Below, piece by piece: positions 35,941 to 45,217 of a DNA stretch of 64,000 bases. Within the stretch, counting starts at the first letter, position 1; every line of letters starts with the position of its first letter. The stretch is from a virus. The stretch lies in IMG/VR virus record IMGVR_UViG_3300032323_001800, positions 123,930 to 187,929 of that record; one strand, 5' to 3'. The position numbers and the translations under genes are program-made. Under the pieces are notes generated by a model, which was not told the DNA's origin, did not search any database, and was given only the letters and a program-made list of their open reading frames with translations.

Positions 35941-37527
35941 ATGGCAAAATCATTAGACGGCGTACTAATCAAGAAAGCACACGCCCAACAAAAATATACA
36001 CTAGAAGAAGTTAAGCATCTAGAAGCTTGTATGGATCCAGTTGATGGGCCATTATACTTTTGTAAAAACTTTTTAAAAATTCAGCATCCTGTACGTGGAT
36101 CAATTCCATTTGCACCGTACGAATATCAAGAACGTCTAATTCAATCATATCATAACTATAAACAGTCTATTGGTATGCTACCTCGTCAGATGGGTAAGAC
36201 TACTTGTGCTACGGGGTATCTATTATGGTATACCATGTTTGTGCCAGAAGCACAGGTGCTTATCGCTGCTCACAAATACGAAGGTGCGCAAGATATTATG
36301 AATCGTTACCGTTTTGGTTACGAGAACTTACCAGACTTTATCCGTGCTGGTGTTTATTCATATAACAGAAATACAATCGAATATGATAACGGCGCTCGTA
36401 TTCAAGCAACTACTACAACTGAAAACACCGGTCGTGGTAAATCTCTTTCATTAATTTATTGTGATGAGTTTGCGTTTGTACAACCACCAGAGAAAGCCAA
36501 AGAGTTTTGGACTGCGTTATCGCCAACACTATCAACAGGTGGTAAGTGTATTATCACATCAACACCTAACAGTGATGAAGATCAGTTTGCTTTGATTTGG
36601 ACTGAAGCCAATAAGAAGTTTGACGAGCACGGTAACGAACAAGAACTAGGCACCAACGGATTCCATAGTTTCTTTGCGCATTGGTCAGAACATCCGGATC
36701 GTGATGAGAAATGGGCACAAACAGAGCGTGCCAAAATTGGAGAAGAACGCTTCCGTCGAGAGTTTGATTGCGAATTCTTAATTTTTGATGAAACCCTAAT
36801 TAATGCTGTAAAACTAGCAGAGATGAAAGGTATTGATCCTGTAATGACAATGGGACAAACACGGTGGTATAAAGATATTGACCCTCGATGTAGCTATCTT
36901 GTTGCCTTAGATCCCAGCTTAGGCACAGGCGGAGACTACGGTGCTATCCAGGTATTTGAAATGCCAACTATGCATCAAGTAGCCGAGTGGCGTCATAACT
37001 TAACTCCTATACAAGCGCAGGTCCGACACCTTCGAGAAATAACAAAATATATTACTGATCGGGCTCAAGAAAAAGGCGGCAATGTTCAAATATATTATTC
37101 TGTTGAAAATAATACATTAGGTGAAGCAGCGTTAGTAACAATTCGAGATATTGGCGAAGAAAACATTAACGGATTATTTTTAAGTGAGCCTATACGTAAA
37201 GGGCATGTACGTAAATTCCGCAAAGGATTTAATACTACTCATAAAACTAAAATTACTGCTTGTTCAAAAATTAAAAGCCTTATCGAAACTCATAGAATTC
37301 AGCTTTATTCTAAACCGCTAATTTCAGAGTTAAAAACGTTTGTAGCACACGGTGTAGGGTTTGGAGCCAAAACAGGCGAACACGACGACTTAGTTAGTGC
37401 GCTATTGCTAATAATTCGAATGGCTGATGTATTATCAGATTGGGATCCACAAATTTACGAACGAATGACAGAAAGATTAACAGAAGATCAGCTGCCAATG
37501 CCGATTTTTGTCAGCAGCGGATTTTGA
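35941..37527 (+). CDS. gp17: Terminase large subunit (T4 gp17-like)
   Basis: PRQMGKTT Walker A, TGRG.S.SLIYCDEFAF Walker B, IITSTPN, LVALDPSLG nuclease, HDDLVSA. Confidence 0.95.
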   Translation: MAKSLDGVLIKKAHAQQKYTLEEVKHLEACMDPVDGPLYFCKNFLKIQHPVRGSIPFAPYEYQERLIQSYHNYKQSIGMLPRQMGKTTCATGYLLWYTMFVPEAQVLIAAHKYEGAQDIMNRYRFGYENLPDFIRAGVYSYNRNTIEYDNGARIQATTTTENTGRGKSLSLIYCDEFAFVQPPEKAKEFWTALSPTLSTGGKCIITSTPNSDEDQFALIWTEANKKFDEHGNEQELGTNGFHSFFAHWSEHPDRDEKWAQTERAKIGEERFRREFDCEFLIFDETLINAVKLAEMKGIDPVMTMGQTRWYKDIDPRCSYLVALDPSLGTGGDYGAIQVFEMPTMHQVAEWRHNLTPIQAQVRHLREITKYITDRAQEKGGNVQIYYSVENNTLGEAALVTIRDIGEENINGLFLSEPIRKGHVRKFRKGFNTTHKTKITACSKIKSLIETHRIQLYSKPLISELKTFVAHGVGFGAKTGEHDDLVSALLLIIRMADVLSDWDPQIYERMTERLTEDQLPMPIFVSSGF

Positions 37528-37533
37528 TAAATA
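37528..37533 (+). promoter_or_regulatory. TAAATA-N5-ATG late-type promoter
   Basis: TAAATA ataac ATG(37539). Confidence 0.6.
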
Positions 37534-37538
37534 ATAAC

Positions 37539-39227
37539 ATGGAAAACAGCATTAAAAGCATCAGCACTGATTTGTTCTACAAAATACGTAGTAGATTTTC
37601 TGGCCTAAAATTAGGAGCAGAAGATGGCACAGTTACCATTAATCCTGAAGAAGCAGTATTCTTTGACTTTGATTATATGGAAGGTGAAAATCCGTTAGGA
37701 CACGTAAGCATTAGTTTAGCTGAACCAACATCAATGAAAGTTTATTACAGTACCGGAATTTCTGAGAACATGAGTTCAAGCCAGAAGAACGGTTGGTATG
37801 ACTTTTTAAAAAGTTTAAGAGAATTTTCTAAAAGAAGATTAATGAGTTTCGATACTAGAGATATTGCCAAAGATAACTTAGACAAAAGAGACTTTGCTTT
37901 TCTTAGTCAATATACAAAATCTGCAGGCGGAGAACAGAATATGAGTGAAAGCATGTACGGTACTACAAAAACTAGTTACCAAAAATTAAACGACACCAAG
38001 CTAATTATTAAACATAAAAAGCAAGTCGATGAAACAATTCCAGGCAGTAGAGCTAGAAATATTTCAGCACTATTTGTTGAAAACCAAGACGGTGAAAGAT
38101 TTAAATATCCGTTTATCCATCTAGCTGGTGCCCGTGCTATGCAGCGACATGTGGCCAACGGCGGCGTTCCGTACGACGATCTTGGACAACGCATTATTTC
38201 TATGAGTGAGCAAATTGCTCAACTTAAGAGTTTTGACAACTATGTTGTACGAAACGATTTATTAAATTCTGATACTAACAACATTGTTGAACGCAGCAAG
38301 TCAGAACTACAAAGATGCAGAGAAGAAATTCAGCGCATGTCAAAACAAAACTATTACGAACAATTTAAAGAAAATTTCCAAAGCCAGGCAACAATGGAAG
38401 TGCCAGAAGATGTCATTGAAGAACTAACTAATAAATTTACAGTTAAAAACTTTAAAGAAGATATCAAGAGCGTGTTTCCGTTAATTTACAAATTAATGCA
38501 GGAACAATCAGCAGAAGATAGCGGCCTAGGCTATAACGACGTAGTCGAAATGACACAACTAGAATCAGTCAATGACGAAGCAGAAATTTCCGAAGACCAA
38601 GAAGATGAGTTTGATAAATTTGAATCTTGGGTAATGAACTTAGGAGAAACAAGTCCTATACAAAGTTCAGATGAAGATGAAAAATCACAGGCCATACAAA
38701 AACTAAATGACTTAACTAAGGATCATTTCCCAGCAGGTGTTGATGGACAAAATGCCATTCAATCATTAAAAGGCATTATTGAAGATCCAACTTTAGATAA
38801 AGAAATCAAGGCAGCAAGTAAAGAAGATGCTGATACATGTATCAGACCTATCATCAAGGCATGGTTAGAAGTTAATGCTCAAGATGTATTAGATCAAATC
38901 GACTTTGGCGATATGACTGAAGAAGATACTGACCAAGCACCTCAAGAGACAGAAGAACAACCACAACAACAATCAGGAATGAGAGAATTGGCAGAATTTA
39001 TCAATTCTTTCTACGACAAAGATTCAGGCACATTCCCTAAAGGTCCAGAAGGCGTTGTAACAATGGTAGGCAAAAAGTTTGGCGAACAGGCTGAGAACGT
39101 AGCTCGTAAGTTCGTAGAGCGTATGGCACCACAACAAAGCACAGATCAAAACCCAGAATTGGCAGAATTGGCACCAGAAAATGGTAATTCAGAATTAGAT
39201 AGAATTAAATCATTAGCAGGCTTTTAA
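37539..39227 (+). CDS. Large acidic hypothetical protein, possibly head core/virion protein
   Basis: Likely start MENSIK at 37539; E/D/Q-rich C-terminal half ending ELDRIKSLAGF. Confidence 0.6.
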   Translation: MENSIKSISTDLFYKIRSRFSGLKLGAEDGTVTINPEEAVFFDFDYMEGENPLGHVSISLAEPTSMKVYYSTGISENMSSSQKNGWYDFLKSLREFSKRRLMSFDTRDIAKDNLDKRDFAFLSQYTKSAGGEQNMSESMYGTTKTSYQKLNDTKLIIKHKKQVDETIPGSRARNISALFVENQDGERFKYPFIHLAGARAMQRHVANGGVPYDDLGQRIISMSEQIAQLKSFDNYVVRNDLLNSDTNNIVERSKSELQRCREEIQRMSKQNYYEQFKENFQSQATMEVPEDVIEELTNKFTVKNFKEDIKSVFPLIYKLMQEQSAEDSGLGYNDVVEMTQLESVNDEAEISEDQEDEFDKFESWVMNLGETSPIQSSDEDEKSQAIQKLNDLTKDHFPAGVDGQNAIQSLKGIIEDPTLDKEIKAASKEDADTCIRPIIKAWLEVNAQDVLDQIDFGDMTEEDTDQAPQETEEQPQQQSGMRELAEFINSFYDKDSGTFPKGPEGVVTMVGKKFGEQAENVARKFVERMAPQQSTDQNPELAELAPENGNSELDRIKSLAGF

Positions 39228-39240
39228 TTAAAATAAACTA

Positions 39241-39271
39241 AAATAAGGGCACTTAGGTGCCCTTATTTTTT
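39241..39271 (+). terminator. Intrinsic terminator (possibly bidirectional)
   Basis: AAATAAGGGCAC-TTAG-GTGCCCTTATTT followed by TTT. Confidence 0.85.
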
Positions 39272-39292
39272 GACCGAACCCTCTGTAACAGA

Positions 39293-39298
39293 TAAATT
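39293..39298 (+). promoter_or_regulatory. Variant late-type promoter TAAATT-N5-ATG
   Basis: TAAATT aatgt ATG(39304). Confidence 0.4.
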
Positions 39299-39303
39299 AA
39301 TGT

Positions 39304-39915
39304 ATGGATATTATAAGAGAAGAATGGTGGCCAACACCTGTTTGGTATTTTGATATACCTAAATCAATTATTGATTACGACCTTATCGCAACAGAATGCT
39401 ATAATTTTAAAATTTTAGATAATAATGGAAGAAAGATTTCTAATATCGGTGGCTGGCAAAGTGATAACCTTTATATCAATAATAGCGAACCGCAAAAAAA
39501 TATTAACGATTTGTTGAAATTAATAGAAAGTAAATCAATGTTATGGTTCAAGGATTATAGTATTAGGAATTCTTTAAAACCACATTTGGATAATTTTTGG
39601 ATCAACATCAATTCAACAGAAGATCATAATAAACCACACATACACCATAATTCCGTATTTTCCGGAGTGTATTATGTCAAAGCTCCAGAAGAATGTGGCG
39701 GAATCATATTTCATAAATCCCAAGAGCTGTGCTATCTTCATGGATCATATACAGATAGTGATACTAGATTAACATACCCGGAAGTAAAATATATTCCTTA
39801 TCCGGGAAGGGTTTTAATCTTTCCTAGTTGGATAAATCACAGTGTACAACCAAATAACTCCCCAGAAGATAGAATCAGCATAGCATTCAATTTTACTGGA
39901 TTTTATTTAGAGTAA
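39304..39915 (+). CDS. Putative 2OG-Fe(II) oxygenase (TIGR02466-like)
   Basis: FWIN...HNKPHIHHNSVFSGVYYV...LIFPSWINHSV...RISIAFN. Confidence 0.85.
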   Translation: MDIIREEWWPTPVWYFDIPKSIIDYDLIATECYNFKILDNNGRKISNIGGWQSDNLYINNSEPQKNINDLLKLIESKSMLWFKDYSIRNSLKPHLDNFWININSTEDHNKPHIHHNSVFSGVYYVKAPEECGGIIFHKSQELCYLHGSYTDSDTRLTYPEVKYIPYPGRVLIFPSWINHSVQPNNSPEDRISIAFNFTGFYLE

Positions 39916-39941
39916 TTTGGTAAAAAAATCTTAAGTTAGTC

Positions 39942-40027
39942 TTGATCTTAATAAATAAAAAGCGCATAATAGTTGTTATGCGATAGGCATACAAACCATT
40001 TAACTTAGGCTATAGGAGGCATACAAA
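39942..40027 (+). promoter_or_regulatory. SSB gene control region: sigma70-like and late promoters, hairpin and direct repeat
   Basis: TTGATC-17-CATAAT (39942-39970), TAAATA (39952), inverted repeat CGCATAA-6-TTATGCG (39963-39982), AGGCATACAAA x2 (39985, 40017), AGGAGG SD. Confidence 0.55.
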
Positions 40028-41026
40028 ATGGCAACATTATCAGAAATCCGTGCTAAACTTCAAGAAGCACAATCACGCCAAGGCGGCAATCAATCAAGCG
40101 GCGGCGACAACGCAATTTATCCCCACTGGAATATGGAAGAAGGTAAAGAAGCTTCTATTCGTTTCTTGCCAGACGGTGATACTAACAACACATTCTTCTG
40201 GGCAGAACGAGCAATGATCAAATTGCCGTTTGCAGGCATCAAAGGTGATACAACCAGCAAGCCTGTACAAGTACAAGTTCCATGTATGGAAATGTGGAAT
40301 GAAACTTGTCCAATCCTTGCAGAAGTGCGTGGTTGGTTTAAAGACAAGAGTTTGGAAGATATGGGTCGTAAGTACTGGAAGAAGCGTAGTTACATTTTCC
40401 AAGGCTTTGTAGTAAAGAGCCCAATTGCTGAAGATTCGACTCCAGATAATCCAATTCGTAGATTTATCATTGGACCTCAAATTTTCCAATTGATTAAAGG
40501 TGCGTTGATGGATCCAGAGCTCAACGAGCTACCAACAGACTTCATGCATGGTGTAGATTTCCGTATTGCTAAAACCAGCAAGGGCGGCTATGCTGACTAC
40601 TCTACTTCTAAGTGGAGTCGTAATGAACGTGCTCTAACTGCTGATGAAGCAGCAGCTATTGAACAATATGGATTGTTTGATCTTAAGAGCTTCCTGCCTA
40701 AAAAGCCGGGCGATGTTGAACTTAAAGTTATCAAAGAGATGTTTGAAGCATCTGTTGATGGCGAAGCTTACGACATGGAACGTTGGGGCCAATACTTCAA
40801 ACCAGCAGGCGTTAGTCAAGCAACTGGTGATCCTTTAAAGGCATCATCACGTCCAGCGGCAGCTCCAGCAGCAGACGATGTTCCTTTTGATGCTGACGAA
40901 CCAGCACCAGTTGCTTCAGCAGCACCAGTTGCTTCAGCAGCACCAGCTGCTCCAGCAGCAGGCGGTGAAAATGCAAGTCGTGCGCAAGACATTCTTGCCA
41001 TGATTCGTAACCGTCAGAAGCAATAA
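40028..41026 (+). CDS. gp32: Single-stranded DNA-binding protein (T4 gp32-like)
   Basis: IRFLP, CPI, RKYWKKRSY, FIIGPQIF..I...LMDP...G.DF...KT.KGGYADYSTS.W; Ala/Pro linker with an 18-nt repeat near the C-terminus. Confidence 0.88.
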   Translation: MATLSEIRAKLQEAQSRQGGNQSSGGDNAIYPHWNMEEGKEASIRFLPDGDTNNTFFWAERAMIKLPFAGIKGDTTSKPVQVQVPCMEMWNETCPILAEVRGWFKDKSLEDMGRKYWKKRSYIFQGFVVKSPIAEDSTPDNPIRRFIIGPQIFQLIKGALMDPELNELPTDFMHGVDFRIAKTSKGGYADYSTSKWSRNERALTADEAAAIEQYGLFDLKSFLPKKPGDVELKVIKEMFEASVDGEAYDMERWGQYFKPAGVSQATGDPLKASSRPAAAPAADDVPFDADEPAPVASAAPVASAAPAAPAAGGENASRAQDILAMIRNRQKQ

Positions 41027-41035
41027 TACTAAAAT

Positions 41036-41067
41036 AGAGTAGTGCGAGTACGTCTCGCACTCTCTTT
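41036..41067 (+). terminator. Hairpin/terminator after the SSB gene
   Basis: AGTGCGAG-TACGT-CTCGCACT followed by CTCTTT. Confidence 0.6.
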
Positions 41068-41085
41068 CATCTCTGGAGAACAATA

Positions 41086-41277
41086 ATGACAAAACTAGCT
41101 AAACTAGCAAAAGTAAGCGAATCCGTGACTATTAATCGTTATGATAACGGTTGGATGGTAGAGATCGGCGGAAGAAATAAAAAAGAAGATTGGGCAAATA
41201 CTAAAACTTTATGTAACACAGAAGACGAATTAATTGCTTTAATCAAAGAATATAATACTATGGAGTTGGATCAATAA
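41086..41277 (+). CDS. Small hypothetical protein
   Basis: 63 aa with GGAG SD; coupled to uvsX. Confidence 0.65.
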   Translation: MTKLAKLAKVSESVTINRYDNGWMVEIGGRNKKEDWANTKTLCNTEDELIALIKEYNTMELDQ

Positions 41278-42356
41278 TGGCTAAAGCATTTGATATTTCT
41301 AAATTTAGAAAGTCTATTACTAAGAGTATCGAAGGACTTAGTATTGGCTTTAATGATCCTACTGACTGGGTTTCGACAGGCAACTATGCCTTAAACTATT
41401 TGATCAGCGGTGACTTTAATCGCGGAGTACCGCTAGGCAAAGTAACAGTATTTGCTGGCGAATCCGGCGCAGGCAAGTCATACATTTGTTCAGGCAACCT
41501 TATTAAGGCGGCACAGGAACAAGGCATCTATCCTATCTTAATTGATAGTGAAAACGCACTTGACGAAAAATGGTTACACGCACTAGGTGTTGATACTAGC
41601 GAAGGTAAGTTGTTAAAACTTAATATGGCTATGATCGATGACGTGGCAAAAACTATCCATGAATTCATGGGTGAATACAAAGCAATGGCTGATGAAGATC
41701 GCCCCAAGGTACTGTTTGTAATTGATTCACTAGGTATGTTGCTGACGCCTACAGACGTTAATCAGTTTGAAGCAGGCGACTTAAAAGGTGATATGGGCCG
41801 TAAGCCTAAAGCACTAACAGCACTAGTTCGTAACTGTGTTAATATGTTTGGTAGCTTTAATGTAGGGCTTGTATGTACTAATCACACTTATGCGTCACAA
41901 GATATGTTTGACCCAGATGATAAAATTTCAGGCGGTCAAGGCTTTATCTATGCTTCAAGTATCGTAGTTGCTATGCGTAAATTGAAATTAAAAACAGACG
42001 CAGATGGTAATAAGACTACGACAGTTAATGGTATCCGTGCTGCCTGTAAGATTATGAAAACACGCTACGCAAAACCATTTGAATCGGTACAAGTTGAAAT
42101 TCCTTACGAAACAGGTATGAGTCCATATAGTGGATTAGTCGATCTGTTTGAAGCTAAAGGTATGCTCAAGAAAGAAGGAAACAGTCTTGTATATGTAACA
42201 CACGATGGCGAAATCATCAAACAGTTCCGCAAAGCCTGGGAAAGAAATGAAAAAGATGGCCTAACAATTATGATGGCCGAAATTTCAAAACATGGCGAAA
42301 AATCCGATTCCGGGATAACTACACAAGTTGTACCAGAAACGGAGACCGCAGAATGA
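41277..42356 (+). CDS. uvsX: RecA-like recombinase (UvsX)
   Basis: STGNYALNYLISG, AGESGAGKS Walker A, DSENALD, FVIDSLG, NHTY, SGGQG..YASSIV. Confidence 0.93.
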   Translation: MAKAFDISKFRKSITKSIEGLSIGFNDPTDWVSTGNYALNYLISGDFNRGVPLGKVTVFAGESGAGKSYICSGNLIKAAQEQGIYPILIDSENALDEKWLHALGVDTSEGKLLKLNMAMIDDVAKTIHEFMGEYKAMADEDRPKVLFVIDSLGMLLTPTDVNQFEAGDLKGDMGRKPKALTALVRNCVNMFGSFNVGLVCTNHTYASQDMFDPDDKISGGQGFIYASSIVVAMRKLKLKTDADGNKTTTVNGIRAACKIMKTRYAKPFESVQVEIPYETGMSPYSGLVDLFEAKGMLKKEGNSLVYVTHDGEIIKQFRKAWERNEKDGLTIMMAEISKHGEKSDSGITTQVVPETETAE

Positions 42357-42586
42357 AAGAAGATTTAATTGCTGATCTATGGAACGTTGTTGCAGAACAT
42401 CTTCCAGAGAAGACTAAAAAGGATGTTGCTTCAGATTTTATAAACACCCTCTTAGACTACGGTGTCAAAGACACAGTAATTGAAAGCCTACAGGGCATTG
42501 ACCCTTACCTCGATGACGCTATTCAATACGCTATCGACGGCGAGCAAATTAGCGAAGATGATGAGTATTACGAAGACGAGGACTAA
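42353..42586 (+). CDS. Small acidic hypothetical protein
   Basis: 77-aa ORF with ATGA overlap. Confidence 0.65.
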   Translation: MKEDLIADLWNVVAEHLPEKTKKDVASDFINTLLDYGVKDTVIESLQGIDPYLDDAIQYAIDGEQISEDDEYYEDED

Positions 42587-43042
42587 ATGAATTGGTATGA
42601 TCGAGTTTCAAAGGATATAAGTTCTATTCCAGATGCCGCGGCATACTACGAAAGTGAATTACAAGCAGCAAAGATTGATGCTCGCATAGCGGGGAATTTA
42701 GAAAAAGCTGCTGCTAATATGCCTGGCATTGTAGAAAATCGATTCAATCAACTTCAAGAGATTGAAGCTGTTTTAGAATATTTACATATCGAACTAAGAC
42801 GGCTTCGCTCACAACATTTTCGCAAGTATCTTGAAAGCTATCAACGGGCGTTATCGTCTAGAGATTGTGAAAAGTTTGTTGAAGGTGAAGCCGACGTAGT
42901 TGATTTTGAAAAGATTATCAACGAGTTTGCCTTACTACGTAATAAGTGGTTAGGAATTATCAAAGCATTAGATATTAAACAGTGGCAGGTATCTAACATT
43001 GTTAAACTAAGAACAGCAGGTTTAGAAGATGCTACCTTATGA
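42587..43042 (+). CDS. uvsY: Recombination mediator UvsY-like
   Basis: Helical protein with FRKYLE.Y.RALSSRD.EK..EGE.D...IK.L..K.WQ..NIVKLR..G.E; downstream of uvsX. Confidence 0.75.
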   Translation: MNWYDRVSKDISSIPDAAAYYESELQAAKIDARIAGNLEKAAANMPGIVENRFNQLQEIEAVLEYLHIELRRLRSQHFRKYLESYQRALSSRDCEKFVEGEADVVDFEKIINEFALLRNKWLGIIKALDIKQWQVSNIVKLRTAGLEDATL

Positions 43043-43749
43043 AAATCTTAATCACAGGGCACGAAGGATTTATAGGTAGCAATTTATACCATTATCTAAT
43101 AGAAAAAAATTATGTCGTTATTGGGCTTGATATAAAGTCTGGTAACGACATTCTTACATGCAACTTACCCGACTGCGATATAGTTATACATTTAGCCGGT
43201 GTCGGTGGCGTTCGCGAAAGCATTGACGATCCTGCAAAGTATTGGCAAAATAATGTTGAAGGAACAAAAAGAATACTAGATCATTATTCCAATATTAGGG
43301 TGCTGGTTGCTAGTTCAAGTTCTCAATACGAACCTTATTTAAATCCTTATGCCGCTAGCAAACATATAATAGAAAAAATCCTACACTCAAATGTTTGCTT
43401 TATGCGATTTCACACAGTATATGGACCAGTTCCTCGACAAGGAATGTTTTTTGATAAGCTAATCAATAATACTTTAGAGTATGTAACAACACACGAGCGA
43501 GATTTCGTGCATATTGACGATGTATGTGAGGCAATATTATTATTATTAAAATCAAATATAGTAGGACCAATTGATGTAGGATCTGGTCATTCAATTAAAA
43601 TCAGTGACATCATACAAAATTTACCAATTAAAGATAATCCTCCCTACGAACGAAAAAAGACACTAGCCAATATTAACTTATTGACCTCATTAGGGTTTTC
43701 TCCAAAACATAACGTTAAAGATTTTATCAGCCATTATGTGCGCAGATAA
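43039..43749 (+). CDS. NAD-dependent nucleotide-sugar epimerase/dehydratase (SDR)
   Basis: ILITGHEGFIGS, VIHLAG, SSSS, PYAASK (YxxxK), MRFHTVYGP, RDFVHIDDV. Confidence 0.88.
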   Translation: MKILITGHEGFIGSNLYHYLIEKNYVVIGLDIKSGNDILTCNLPDCDIVIHLAGVGGVRESIDDPAKYWQNNVEGTKRILDHYSNIRVLVASSSSQYEPYLNPYAASKHIIEKILHSNVCFMRFHTVYGPVPRQGMFFDKLINNTLEYVTTHERDFVHIDDVCEAILLLLKSNIVGPIDVGSGHSIKISDIIQNLPIKDNPPYERKKTLANINLLTSLGFSPKHNVKDFISHYVRR

Positions 43750-43752
43750 ATA
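43747..43752 (+). promoter_or_regulatory. TAAATA-N5-ATG late-type promoter, plus arm of the glycan island
   Basis: TAAATA ttttt ATG(43758). Confidence 0.6.
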
Positions 43753-43757
43753 TTTTT

Positions 43758-44534
43758 ATGAAAAAAATCGTATTAGTAACCGGTGGGTTTGATCCACTTC
43801 ATTCTGGGCATATAGCCTATCTCAACGCAGCTAGAGACCTCGGTGACTCATTAATCGTTGGTGTAAATTCTGACGAGTGGCTACGTCGAAAGAAAGGGCA
43901 AGAATTCATGCCTTGGGAAGAACGTGCCACTATCATTGCCGCGCTTCACAATGTTGATAGAGTTATTAACTTTGACTACAGCGATAACAGTGCCAAAGAT
44001 GCTATTAAAAAAGTTAGAGCAATATATCCAGCGGCTCAAATAATCTTTGCCAACGGCGGAGATAGAACAAAAGAAAACATTCCAGAGATGGATCTACTTC
44101 AAGAAATGCTTCACTTAGATTTTGTCTTTGGTGTAGGTGGCGAAGATAAAAAGAATTCTAGTAGCTGGATTTTACAAGAATGGAAGGCGCCTAAGACAGA
44201 ACGACCGTGGGGATATTATCGTATATTACACGAAGTGCCGGGAATGAAAGTAAAAGAATTAACCGTTGATCCAGGTAAAAGTTTGTCTATGCAACGACAT
44301 AACTTAAGATCAGAATATTGGATAGTTAGTGAAGGTAAGTGTATGGTAGAACATCACGGTCACGCTGTTCAGACTGACGAATATCTTGTACATACTCAGT
44401 TAGTAAAACATCACGAATTTCGCATCCCACAACTTAAATGGCATAGACTTTTTAACCCGTACGATGTTCCGTGTCGAATTGTAGAAATACAATATGGTGA
44501 CCGATGTGAAGAAGAGGATATCGAAAGAAGATGA
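43758..44534 (+). CDS. Fusion of HIGH-family cytidylyl/nucleotidyltransferase and mannose-6-phosphate isomerase-like cupin
   Basis: VTGGFDPLHSGHI...VGVNSD...FANGGDR; C-terminal RPWGYY...VKEL.V.PG.SLS.Q.H..RSEYW.V...W H.L.N...IVEIQ.G....E.DI.R. Confidence 0.88.
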   Translation: MKKIVLVTGGFDPLHSGHIAYLNAARDLGDSLIVGVNSDEWLRRKKGQEFMPWEERATIIAALHNVDRVINFDYSDNSAKDAIKKVRAIYPAAQIIFANGGDRTKENIPEMDLLQEMLHLDFVFGVGGEDKKNSSSWILQEWKAPKTERPWGYYRILHEVPGMKVKELTVDPGKSLSMQRHNLRSEYWIVSEGKCMVEHHGHAVQTDEYLVHTQLVKHHEFRIPQLKWHRLFNPYDVPCRIVEIQYGDRCEEEDIERR

Positions 44535-45217
44535 TTAAAGTTTTTATCGGATATGATCCTCGAGAAGCTATTGCATTCCATGTATGCTCTAATAGTATTA
44601 TTAGACATGCTACTAGACCAGTTAGCATTACTCCATTAGCCCTTAATAATTTTAAAGATTATAAAGAAACACACATGGATGGTAGTAACCAATTTATCTA
44701 TTCTAGATTTTTAACACCTGCACTGTCTGACTATATGGGATGGACATTGTTTATAGATGGCGATATGATTTTACGTGAGGATATTGTAAAACTTTGGGAA
44801 TTACGAGACGACTCTAAAGCAGTCATGGTTGTTAAGCACGATTATAAAACTAAGATGACAGAAAAATATCTTGGCAGTAAGAATGAAGATTACCCTCGCA
44901 AGAATTGGTCAAGCGTTATTATGTGGAACTGTAGTCATCCTAAAAATAGAGTGCTCACTCCGGAGTTTGTTGAACAGGCGACTGGGGCACAATTACATAG
45001 ATTTACATGGTTAGATGATAATGATATCGGCCAGCTTCCTAAAGAATGGAATTGGTTAGATGTTGAATATGATCATAATCCTAACGCAAAGTTAGTGCAT
45101 TACACACTAGGGACTCCTTGCTTTCACGAGTTTGCAGACCAAGGTAACTTTGCTAATGAATGGCACAGAGAACGGATTTTAACAGAATACTGCCTACAGC
45201 ATGATCTTCCTAAGTAA
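44531..45217 (+). CDS. Glycosyltransferase (GT-A, GT8-like phage family)
   Basis: VFIGYDPRE, F.YSRFL.P, LFIDGD (DxD), KNWSSV..WN, LP.EWN.L, KLVHYTLG.P. Confidence 0.8.
   Translation: MIKVFIGYDPREAIAFHVCSNSIIRHATRPVSITPLALNNFKDYKETHMDGSNQFIYSRFLTPALSDYMGWTLFIDGDMILREDIVKLWELRDDSKAVMVVKHDYKTKMTEKYLGSKNEDYPRKNWSSVIMWNCSHPKNRVLTPEFVEQATGAQLHRFTWLDDNDIGQLPKEWNWLDVEYDHNPNAKLVHYTLGTPCFHEFADQGNFANEWHRERILTEYCLQHDLPK

Noticed and set aside
40904-40960. 18-nt tandem repeat, and the 12-nt repeat at ~35107-35133, as possible CRISPR or VNTR elements
   Set aside because: Both are in-frame low-complexity linkers with only 2-3 copies and no spacers.
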